NCBI GenBank assembly: GCA_051362555.1
Contig: CM120641.1
Coordinates: forward strand, 21,762,001-21,826,000
From: Lingula anatina
Taxonomy: Eukaryota > Animalia > Brachiopoda
Length of the DNA: 64,000 nt
Reading direction: 5' to 3'
Each line of letters opens with the position of its first letter. The stretch's first letter is position 1. The notes under the pieces were generated by a model. That model did not search any database and was not told where the DNA came from. It saw only the letters and a list, made by a program, of their open reading frames with translations. A program made the position numbers and the translations under genes. Positions 14,301 to 25,636 of the stretch are shown in pieces.

Positions 14301-15155
14301 GAACCTGACAAACTACAATGATATGAGTTTATTTCCATTTTTGAAACTTTATTACACAATACACGATAACAAGTTTACCATCATTTTTACATAATCAACT
14401 AACAATGTTGTAAAGATGCAGGAAATGTCAAACAAACACTTTTACGTATCTTATTAGTTCAATAATGAGACTGTTAACATGCCCAAGAGTTGAATCTGAG
14501 GAAATGTGAAAAAACAGCATAACTTCTAAAATAATGCCCCGATTATGCTGATTTTCGAACTCAACCTGCGTTTTAGCAGGATTGATCACTCCTATGAGTT
14601 TCATGACAATCGGCCAATCTGTTTTTCTTATATTGTGTTTACAGTGTTTCATATATGCTGAAAAGTGAAAAAACAGCATAACTTCTACAATAATGGCCTG
14701 ATCATGCTGATTTTCGAACTTGACCTGCGTTTTATGAATATTTATCAGCTCTGTAAATATAAAGCCAAAAACTAAAACTGCCTTCCACTTATCGTGTTTA
14801 CAATGAAAGTGCACGGCGACGGCATCGCCATCGGCATCGGCATCGGCATCGGCGACGACGGCGACGACAGACGCAGGTGATGGCAATATGTACAGACACA
14901 TCTGTGTCTGTACATAAAAAGAGGTTCTGTGACATGGGAGAGACCATCATTCACCTCACCCACCCAACCTGAACTGGACTTCCATTTCTCTCTATTACTA
15001 CCTACCTTTGCAGGCTTAGACTGGCAGGCCAAGTTATCCTGGGGGTACTGTACACTCCTGGGGCGGAATGCAAGGTAAAGCCCTGTGAATGCTGTGAGGG
15101 TGGTGAATACTGCAGCCCCAATAGCCTGCGTCACATAGCGGACGTAATCAGACAT
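217..15155 (-). CDS. ACSL: Long-chain fatty acyl-CoA synthetase (ACSL1/5/6 clade), 5' part; gene continues beyond the left edge
   Basis: Phase-consistent GT-AG exons: 15006-15155 (MSDYVRY...hydrophobic anchor...CQSKPAK), 2724-2838 (GDKHARVS...YDDAKTCYEAFTRGARVS), 2342-2409 (NGPSLGWR...PYQWISYND), 1864-1965 (...IGIYSQNRPE), 1260-1359 (YVILEQACYMYSMVVVPLYDTLG), 640-812 (EISMVICD...), 217-301 (EDLAFICYTSGTTG, the AMP-binding motif). Confidence 0.95.
3782..3818. repeat. Perfect 37-bp hairpin
   Basis: acctaagatctaataaac-a-gtttattagatcttaggt: 18-bp arms, 1-nt loop. Confidence 0.9.
5900..5941 (-). CDS. Candidate alternative first coding exon of ACSL (MNIPIPEIQSTLLE)
   Basis: ATG with an upstream in-frame TGA; phase-0 donor GAG|gtaata; ends QS+4 residues like exon 15006-15155; lies in a locally CpG-richer patch. 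Confidence 0.55.
6701..6732 (+). repeat. Poly-G tract (about 32 G)
   Basis: Seen directly. Confidence 0.95.
8295..8349. repeat. Compound (CT)n(CA)n microsatellite
   Basis: Seen directly. Similar GA/GT tracts near 20627-20658, 23327-23370 and 25586-25632. Confidence 0.95.
8861..8923 (-). CDS. Candidate alternative first coding exon of ACSL (MAYKTLSSKKSQEEMQSVAVE)
   Basis: Acceptor tatacag| 7 nt before the ATG; 21 open codons; phase-0 donor GAG|gtaatt; ends QS+4 residues and joins in frame to GDKHAR. Confidence 0.65.
9502..9573. repeat. Short imperfect foldback (MITE-like remnant)
   Basis: cctcctcgagcagctaggggtaattaa ... ttaattacccttagctactctaggagg. Confidence 0.6.
9911..14920 (-). mobile_element. 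Head-to-tail array of three non-autonomous Helentron/HINE (DINE-1-like) elements: about 9911-11049 (truncated), 11050-13271, 13272-14920
   Basis: Each copy starts (plus strand) with aacaaGGCAGCaaaGCTGTC (stem-loop) followed by aaATGTACAGACA (subTIR). The two full copies end with a (CGGCGA/CGGCAT)n microsatellite, ATGTACAGACA-catctg-TGTCTGTACAT and an A-run. Internal tandem units of about 165, 340 and 400 bp. Confidence 0.85.
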
Positions 15156-17588
15156 TGCAGGACCTAGTGGAAAATTTTTAAATAGAATTTTGAATTAAAA
15201 CCTTGCATTCTGATTAAGATGTTTTTAAAAATTGAGTACGAAGTCTGACATCATAATATTAATTTTTAAGAAAAACTCAGGCTTTACTATAGTTGTACTA
15301 TGCCCATATTTTGTAAGCAAGTTCAGCAATAAGAGGCTGATCCATTCTTTCAGTAATGATCATCTTGTTTACATAGTTGTAAATTTCTATCCTCTTTATA
15401 TAAATGGGCACTTGTATATGGCGCATCTCTACTGATAAGAAACATGAATTCCCCTGTAAACAGATATGGCATATCATCAGTAAATACAACAAATATATAG
15501 AAAATATAATAGCAGAGGATCCAATGATTTTTAACTGAAGGATCCCATTACAGAGCACGTGATAAAGAAAAGTATATGACCCAAAATAATCATAATGTAT
15601 TTTCTTATTAGAGCTGTCTAATTAGACATCAGAAACAACAAAGCAAAAGACATTCAATACTACAGAACTGTGTCAATACCAATCTGGCTGATGGCTCTCA
15701 TGCTGTAATGTTTTTCTCTCTGTTTCACAATCCCATTACTCATCTCATCTGGATCAATAAACAACTTGCTGGCTGCTGTTTACTACCTCAACTCAAGGTA
15801 ATCCAAGGTCAGGAATTCCGTGAATTCCCTGGATTTTAAGTTATCTGAATATTTATTATCAAATACTCACAAAATTTTGAGGAAGTTTTGAGAAAAAAAT
15901 CTTTTTTAAAAACTGATTTAATTGAAGGTTAATTTTTTTTTAAACTTTGAATGAATTGCTAAAAATTATGCAAAAAAAGGTAATTTTTTATTTGAATAGA
16001 GCAGGGCTCTCAGCATAAAATGGTTAAACTGAACTGATAAACATTTTTCATCTCAATTTTATTTTGAAGTGTTTGCATTAAACATAAAATGAAATATAAA
16101 GGCATGATGAACACATTTGAAATTGTCCCAATCATCAAAACATTTTACCTACATCCATCTTAGAGCATAATAGTCAATAAGTGAAATAAAATACACAAGT
16201 AATTTGTGATGATGAACGTCAACTACACTGTATTGACTGTTGTAGCAAAAGCAATATTATAACTCAACACAGACTCAAATACAAAACATGTACAGTCCCA
16301 GATGCAAGGTATTGAATACTTTGTCTAGACCCAAAACTGCTAGAATTGCTCTACATGCCATCAGTAAAACGGTGGAGGTTGGTAAAGACATGGATGCTTT
16401 GTATCTTCCTGTACTCTTTTACAGGATGTGTGTATAGCTTCAGGATTTATATCTGTGCATCGGCTTCCATCGTCTTCTACAGTAAACCATGAAAGTAAGA
16501 CACACACACACACACACAAAATTAATCACTTTTTTTTTATAAACAAGCATCACAGACTTTTTATTTTCAAAGCAATTCTATAATTTCCTTGTATTTACTA
16601 TTAGGGTATTTATCTGGATAATATTGTGAGAATACAAAGCGTTTCTTATCTAGGCTTCCTAACACAGGGGAATCATACCTTAATTTGAGAAAAAAACTTT
16701 CCTTCTTATTTGAGTATTTTTCTAAAGATGCATTTTTAATACTTTAACTGATAAATATTATGCTGAGGCACATGAACTCTTGCGTTATATTTAACTGTTC
16801 AGTAAACAGCACTTGAGAACCTTTTTAGCAAGTTTACATTGACATTGCGGATTGTGATTTCTTTTCATTGCATTCTAAATGGTGTGCAAAGTTTCCACTT
16901 TGAGCAATATAGAGACAAATATAAAAATTAAGATGTAAAAATATATCTGTCTCATAATAATTAAAAGGAGGCAACATAACAGAAAAAGTAAATAGAAACA
17001 AGGTAAATAAAAATGAATCAAATCACTTCAGCAAAGTCAAAACATTTTTAAGCAAAAAAGAAATATATATAACTGAAAACTGCTATATTTCATAGATAGT
17101 AAAGCTAGAAACCAAGAACATGTGAACAAGAACAGAAGAAAACAAAGTAAAAGTTACGCAAATAGAGAAATGAGAGAGTCCAATGTTTAAACTATGACAG
17201 ACATACAAAGTCTGATTATAAACTGCTAATCATTACACAAATATTTTGATTAATGAAATTACTTTGTGCTGAACTTTGTCTTGTTTTTCTATATCATGCA
17301 TTTACGTATAAAAAAGACCAGTGCCTTGCAATCCCATAGCAATACATCTAACTTAAACATAACACATATGATAGAATAAGAAATCCCCATGAAAAAGACA
17401 TACATTACAAATAAATAAGAGTCTGCTTCAACAGGTATTGTACAAGTACTTGTGCTGATACATTCCCATTAGTGAAAACAATTCATTTTTACTATCCAAA
17501 TGTTACAAATATTTTTCATTTTTATTTTGTTTCAACAGAATTGTGAACATATAGTTACTTTAATGTTATACCATTTACTTCCAGAATA

Positions 17589-17590
<2 letters not shown>

Positions 17591-17637
<47 letters not shown>
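17591..17637. repeat. (ATT)n microsatellite
   Basis: Seen directly. Confidence 0.95.
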
Positions 17638-18339
17638 AATAAATACAGATAAATAAATAATAAAGCCAACTGATATATTAGACAAGCATTTGTACACTAC
17701 CATTTGACTTTTAATAAAGCACTTGTCTTTTTTCAGAATGCTTATTACAGCTTGCTATTTAACAAGGTGGACTTTGGACCCAAGATTGCTGTGTTCACAT
17801 ACCTTGTTAGGCAGTTATTGATTGACAATGGCAGTAGCTAAATGTTAATATCCAAAGGCACCTACTGCGTTGTTTTAACCCCTGTAGCCCTCTGTTGTGA
17901 AATTAAAAGTGTTCATATAAAAGTAACATATTTAGACTGTTAATAATATGTTATATATATATACAGTACACAAGACTCTATTATAGAGTCTATAGGTGTA
18001 CTCCGTGTACTTTCCCATAGTATGTGCATTGAAAATCCTCGTCAATAAAATGTACTTACAACCAAGGCAATAGTTAAATACAATAACATCTGAAAAACCC
18101 AGTCTATTGAATATCTACTTCACTGCAGTAGTTTTTTTTTATATACAAATGGGTACTTTGCTTGATGTTTCGAATGGCTGAACACCTCGTAGAATCTACT
18201 TGGTTGAAAAAGAGACCTCGACACTGACGGCATTTAAAAATTCTTACTCTACTGCTCCAGCATGATTTCCATGCTGATTTTTTAAAAAAAAATTCAACTA
18301 TGCCTTTTCGTTAATATAAAATACTTTGATACAGCAGTG

Positions 18340-18680
18340 AATCGGTTGCATCAACTGACAACAGGGAATGCCACCGAGTCAAAAGCGCAGTCAAAAGTCA
18401 AAGTTTGACGGCGTCGCCGAGTACACGTGAAAGGCCCTTGCAAAATAAATAAATGTGAATGGAATATTCGTTAAATATATTGAAAGGTACTTACTTAATG
18501 TAAAACCTGTCTTGCTGAAACGGTGTGTACAATTACGGCTCTTATGAATTAACGAGTAGTCGAATTATAGGATTTTCTTCATGAATATAACATACGATAC
18601 TTTCTCTTTTTTGTGATGCCGATACGTAATCCACGATAGGGGAAGGGGCGATCAAGACGAGCCGGTCCCGTGTCAAGGAT
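18340..18680 (-). promoter_or_regulatory. Probable ACSL promoter and non-coding first exon
   Basis: Abrupt CpG-rich patch at the 5' end of a CpG-poor gene body; minus-strand donor gtaagt at 18489-18494; lies just downstream of the calpain 3' end. Inferred, no transcript data. Confidence 0.45.
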
Positions 18681-20085
18681 TCAGATTTCAAATTTCTTTA
18701 TTGATATACACCTTCACGAATAAGGTACAGTTATGGACATAGAAACCTTACTACACTGTTACACAAAAAAGCAATTCAGTTATATAAATAGTTTTAACTA
18801 ATAGTTTTAAATAGTTTTAGATTAAAATCAGCATGAGTCTAGGAGAATATCCAGTAATCCACGTCGTCAAACAATAGGATAAATTTAAAGGGATAACAAC
18901 TGTTCGCAAGATATCCATATTTCACTACAAATACATTGCAAACAACTCACAGAAATAAAATATAATCTATTTTGCCACCAAAACGCCAGTTAACGCATTT
19001 ATTCTGGGGTTTGTGCTTGCCATCACATTACGTGCCCTCCATAGATGACTACACTCTGTAATAATCTCTTACGAGAATATCACAAAAAACCAAACTTTTT
19101 AGAAAAAAACAGGGACTAACTTTGAATGTGGGAATGGATTGGGAAGTATGGAAATTGTCCTTTACCCCAGAAAAATTCATTTTTGGCCAAAATGAACAGT
19201 TGTTATCCGTTGATAATGATAAAAAATAAATAGGCCTAACGTGTTAACATAAATGAAGCATATTCACACCAACCAACAACTTTAGTTGTTACACAGACAG
19301 TGGACCCAAGGATTCCACAAAGGGCAAAGTGTTGCTGGTGTGAAGAGGGGTTGAGAGGGAAGCGCGATTTTCACGGTTTTCACAGTATACCTCGGCCTTA
19401 CAATAATGTGGTAGCAGCACTGAATAGTTATTCCCCATTATTCCACAGTTAGAATTCCTTCTTCATAAGACGCAAAGTCTTGCAAGACCAAATTTTTCCC
19501 CTGTTTAATTCTCTAGGCCACTTAAATTTGTTGAAGCCAGGGGCTTACTTTAGGTTATCAATTTTGTTTTTCACATTTGTTACTTTCTTTACGTGGAAGT
19601 CTGCTGAATGGAATTATCACGGTTCAGTATGCCCACAGTAAAATTAGTCTTCAAGTCTTCATACTTAAAGTCAAGTACCCGAAGTCTAACAGGTCAAACA
19701 TTTTTTTAACCATTTTTTTTATTTATGCTGCAAATCTCATGTGGTAGAGAGTTATTGTTTATTTTTTTGGGACCATTCCATGGGGTTTTCCCACCAAAAA
19801 GATAAGGTTCTCTCCACGCGTTTGATAGATAATCCCCCACGGTCATATGTTATGTAAATGGAATAAAACATCGAATCCAAGTGCAAGGACGGCTCAAACA
19901 ATTATTCTTGATTAGGAGAAAAATTGCTGTTTACTACAAGAAACTTCATCTTGTCGGGAAAATCCCGCGGAGTGCCCCTCGAATATAGCTTTTGTACTCC
20001 TACTTAAACTCTAAATCCTAACAAACTTATATTTTTGGGCATTCTTTTCATGTATCGAACAGGGAGTATCGTTGCCACTGTCTTC

Positions 20086-20623
20086 TTAAAGATACAAAGC
20101 AGCTTCCATCCACTGAAAAAAAGTAAAGGCATTTTAACGTCGCATACCTAAATGATGGACACACGTAAATCTATTTATCATAAAGAAGTAATCTGGACTA
20201 CTTGACTTTATCAAATTAATGAACTACAGGCTATACTAATAGCATGCACATGATTTTTTTCGGATAATAAATTTTCAATTTTTTAATTGTATTACCTGTT
20301 CAAGGTTAACCGTAGCGTCTTCCTTGGGGTTCGCTTGAAAACTGATAAAACTGTCGTAGCAGCGTTTTGTCTTGGCGACCAAGAGGATAAAGTCATCAAA
20401 CCCTATTGATCCAAGGCGGCCTCCATAGCGGACTGATAGAGCCATCGAACTGGCCAAACTTAAAGAAAACCCTGAAAAGTCGTACGTAAACGTTTTATTA
20501 CAATGAAGCAGTTTCCTGATCAGACTTTTAGAGGTTCATCATTACTACCAGTGCTTACAGATTATAGAACTGGAATCTGAATAATGCAAAAGGCAAAAAT
20601 GTGAAACAATATAAAATCCTTTA

Positions 20624-20661
<38 letters not shown>

Positions 20662-23326
20662 CCGCTATCCCTGAAGATACGCCTTAATTCCAGCGAGTCG
20701 ATGGATCTTGAGTTATCCTTGTCAAACCGATCAAACCGTTCCTAAATCAAACGTTAATTTGTTCTATAAATTATACTCAATACTGCAAGGTCAACCGTTC
20801 TTTTACTTGCATTCTAATAACTTACAGGAGGAAAATATTTCTTTGAAAATTTATATTTAGTTTTACCGTTAAAACAAAACGAATTTCATCACTATTGCAA
20901 GGACTAGTCGGAAATTCGCGGGAGGGGGGGGGGGGGACTATAGAACCGCCGTTATGGCCGAAAAAGATTCGTTCTGAATCTAAATTTATTTAAATTCTGT
21001 GCCAGTTGGGCCAAATAATGGTGGGAAATTTTTTTAAGACCCCCACAGGAAATTTCTGAGTACAAACTCACCTTCCAGTTCTTGACAAACGCCCACACTT
21101 TACTAGCCTCTTCACTGGACACGACGCCCAAATGCCACGTCTAGATTAATATCATTAAGAAATATGACGAACACGGGAAGGGCTTTATAAACCCGTATTT
21201 GGAACATTTCACTAACACCTACGTTATAGTGTTTAATTCATAAATTCATACAATATGTTGCGTTTGAGGGCAAAAGGGCCGGTCTGAGAAATTGTCGAAA
21301 ACACGCAGAATGTAAGTTAAAACGATTATTCTTCTGTAAAATCTATCAGGCAAACCCTTACAATGCCCCCACACGAATTTAAGTTGCATAACAGTACTTT
21401 ATCTAACTTTTTAGCACGGAAAAAGGATACGTCGTACATGGCAAGAAGACTGCGAGCAGTTTCCAGTGAGAATCCTCCTTCACTACCATAAGCTGGAAAA
21501 TAAATGATAAAAAAGCACCATAAACAAGAAACCTTAAACGAACACGTCAGAACTGCTGATACCCTAATTAAATTTATTTATTTTTATATGTTAAGTTACT
21601 TATGTTAGAGCTACAGGGCTTGTTTTAACAATTTCTGAAGAATACTGTTTGGTTCTACAGTAATATTTATGTTGAGCTTAGAATGAAGGAATATTAGAAA
21701 ATAAAAGGCAAAATAATAATAATGATAAAAATAATAATTAATTTTCAAAAAACAAGAAGTGCTTACAGTTCCACATCGCCTACCAGATAGACAAAGAGCA
21801 TTCAGCAAGTCTCTCAAATCGTTTGCATCAATGAGGTAGTCCTCGCCCGCAAACTGGCGGTACATGTCATCATCAATTCTTTCCACGGGCCCTGGAGCGC
21901 TGGGCGATACTGTTGGTGTTATTGTCGGCGTTGTGATTGACGTTGTTGTGGTCGTTGTTGTTGTTGTTATTGGCGTCGTGGATGGTGTGGGGGTTTCTGG
22001 TAACTGTAGCAAAAGTAATATTTCAAATAGTGACACATACAGGGTTTCAATGACATGCCTCACTCTCTCAAAAAGTCGAAAGGAAAACAAATGTAAAATC
22101 AAATCAATTATCAAAAACGACAATGGAGTTTCCAAGATTATACTGGTTGGGAAAGGGACACAGGGGAAAAAGTACACATATAGAACAAAAAAATAAAGAA
22201 GATAGAAGGAGTGGGGAAGAGCACGAGTCCCACCGTCTTCAATCCACCTATGAAGGACAGCATGGTTGTATTAGGTGTCCCATGTTAGCGATATTTACCA
22301 ACACAGACCCTCCGGCTATTTTTGACATACCTTTCTGTCTATTGCTCCAATAACTAAAGTACTTCCAGGGCGAGGGAGGATGGGCCCTGTAGGCTCGTCT
22401 ATTAAACTGAAAATTAATTTTTTTTCTTTAAACGCGCGTTGTTAAATAATACAAGGATATATCAAACTGAGTTTTCTCAACAGGACATGAATGCAAAAAG
22501 AATGATAAAAGTACCTCTAATACATTTAGTGTCAATCTAAAACATTTACCTAGTGTCAATCTTTTGAATAGTGAGTATCCTCAGCAAAAAGGGCCCTTCT
22601 TGATTTGCCTTTAGAGCGTTGGGTATCACACAATAAGTCCCAGGGTTAAGGCGCAAGCGACAACTGAGCTCTCTCGCTGCGGTTCGGCTACGGAACTCCT
22701 TGACGGCAAAAGCTCTCTCGCCATAGTTTTGCCCGTCCAATAACGCCGGGACACCGTCTTTCATCTATGATGCAATGGACAGGTTGTACATTATAATTTA
22801 TACTAAAATGATGAGGTCTTTTTCATTATTCAATCGGAAATATTTGACGATAACATGTACATGTAAAACGCCAATAATTGTAAAATACAAATTGATCCGT
22901 AAATAGGACTGGTCACTTCACAATTGTACACAAAATATTTGTAGTTGTAAGTCTCTCAAAGTTGCTATTGACCGATACAAATAAAACTGCATTGGTTTAG
23001 AATACCGCTCGACGTGAAAAAGACCAATGTCCACATCTCACCAAATGTACGTCCACTCCTATCATAAGTCTGTCTGTTCTGCCCTGCATGATAGAGATAA
23101 TCACGATACACTTGTCTTCAGTATCGGTGGGGTCAGGATCAACAAGGTGTACCACGTACTGGGGGTTAGTGTAGTACAAATCTGAAACAATATATATATA
23201 TACTCGTAACAGCCCAATGTAGAGAGTTGATGCTTCTATATTCCTATTTGCAAAAACAAATTGAGAGAAGAAACGAAAGTAAGAAAAACTCTTGGTGTGT
23301 GCGTTTTTATTTAATGTGCGCCTCTC

Positions 23327-23375
<49 letters not shown>

Positions 23376-25582
23376 TTTACCTTCATACGGTCTCAGCAGG
23401 CCACAGCCCCCTGCGTTGACACCTTTAATCCAGCGACCTTTGTGATTGCGTTCATTCCAGACAAGTTTCCCCTGCATCAAGATGAAAAACATGCTTCAAA
23501 CACCTGTCAATTTCTGAGTTTATTCACCGAGAAAAACGATATAGCTACAGTATCATCTACATGTCATAATTACTTGCCTCATAATAATGCGTTCTGCTGT
23601 CCAAAGTAAGTTTGTCACATGCTATTCCGATCCTTTTCTCTATTCAATTTTTTTTTTGAATATTCAAATATTCTTTCTTGATAAATAAGGATGACTTATA
23701 ATAAACCAAGTAAAATCGGTGGATTTTCTTGCCTGTCCAGATGATATGCAAAACTATAGATCTATGTATACCAATACACAGGACTGCCTTACTTTGAAAG
23801 TGGTCTGTAGATTGCCGGTGAAACTGGACGGATCCAAATGCACCAGGTCCAAATTGTCAAACTCTCTCATGAAATCTTCGAAAGGCATCCTGTTGTACAC
23901 GAGAAAGTGTAAAAACAGCTAAACGTTTCCACGTATATGTTCAACATTTCTTTAAGAAACTAGTTGTTATATGGTAACAAATAGTATGTAAAACATCCTT
24001 ACGTACCAAAATTCACCCTCGTCCTCTACACGTAAATTAAAGTCTTGCTTTTGTTCTTCCGTCACGTCTTGCCAAATCGGGGAGCTACAAATAATGTATA
24101 AAAATATATTTTCTTTCGAATTAGGCAAAGTTCTCAAATTAAATAACAATACCAGATAATACGTAATTAATTTGCTACAAGAATTGCACACATAACGCCC
24201 AATTATCACAACCTCCTTACTAGTTAAATGCATCAGTTTGTAATGTTCACTAGTTGTAATGTTCACATGCAGTAACCTGCAATTTGCGGTGCACCATTAA
24301 ATTTACGTTTTCACCAATACATATCAAAATGCATTGTAGCTTCTAACTGTCATATTACTGTCTACTGAGTTACCTCTACTGTGACAATTAAACCTTTTTG
24401 ACAGATATCCTGGTGATTTTAAACATAATATGTTACAGGTATTCTATCCAGGATTTTACCGCCTAATCGAATTTTCATTAAAAAAGCTTATTTTCTCCTC
24501 GTGAATATTGTTTGACCCTTCCTTGTACTTGGATTCAACGTTTCATGTCATTTTTGATTAAATAATTTAACTCCAAATAAAAAAAAATTCTCATAACGCC
24601 TAGACCGCCATGTCTCCCTGTAAATTTCAGAAAATATCGGAATCAGATTTTACTTTTTGAGCTAGTTTAGGACTGCACCCCATATTTACCTGTCCGACCA
24701 TTCCCCCTGCCACTCGTCCATGGCGTAAGGGTTCCTCAGCCGCAGTAGCTGATGTTCACGGCCTCTGATGGTAATCTGAAAATGTAGACGTGGCCATTTG
24801 TGATCATTTACAGCATATCTATCAAGATTTTAAACTTTTAACAAAGTAAAATTTTATCGTAAATAAGGGTTTTTTTAAATGAAAACCATAGGCTTGAAAG
24901 TAAGATCAGATGTGAACAATCCAAATAACAGAATAATGAGAAGTCTCAAAAAGCATTCCTCTTGTTAAAATAAGGATGATATTTGTCGACAATAATGATA
25001 ATAATAATGATGATAATAATGAAAGTGCTTTGATATCTCAAGTCTAATAACACGAAAACACTCACTTTGGCCACGTTAGTTATACTGTAAGCATGTCCTT
25101 TGTACAATCCGTTTGGCATTCGTTCAACTTGTAAAGATTTAGGGTCCGACTAGTTCAGAGGAAATAATAACCGAATAAATAAAAACTTATGAAAAACAAA
25201 ATAAAAATGATAAATAAGATTGAAAATTGTGAAACAAACCTATACTAATCGCTTCACTTTATTGTAAGAATTAAGTATCGAAAATGCTTACAAACACTTC
25301 TTATATTCAAGCCTTCAAATTTTGCTATTTTGTACCCATATTTCTGCTCCAAGTATAGAAGACATTTGGAAAGTTCTCATGACCAAGTCGAAGAAGTCGT
25401 CTGGTATCTTTTCAGGCTTCTTCAGATCGAAGTGCTCCGAAATACCTCCGGTAAAATCCACCAGCGCCTCGCGCACAAGACCGCCCTCCAGTGCTTCATA
25501 GTGACCGTGTAACCTGAAAATGATTACAAAATTGAAAAAAATTGTTTGTCACAAACACGCGTGCTTGCACGCACGCACACAT

Positions 25583-25636
<54 letters not shown>

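Noticed and set aside
14428-14901. 157-aa ORF with a DADADA repeat (also 13111-13305 and the tail of 14772-15155)
   Set aside because: Translation of the HINE microsatellite and internal repeats; only 15006-15155 is a real exon.
21864-22196. Plus-strand Val-rich ORF
   Set aside because: Antisense of the calpain Thr-rich exon.
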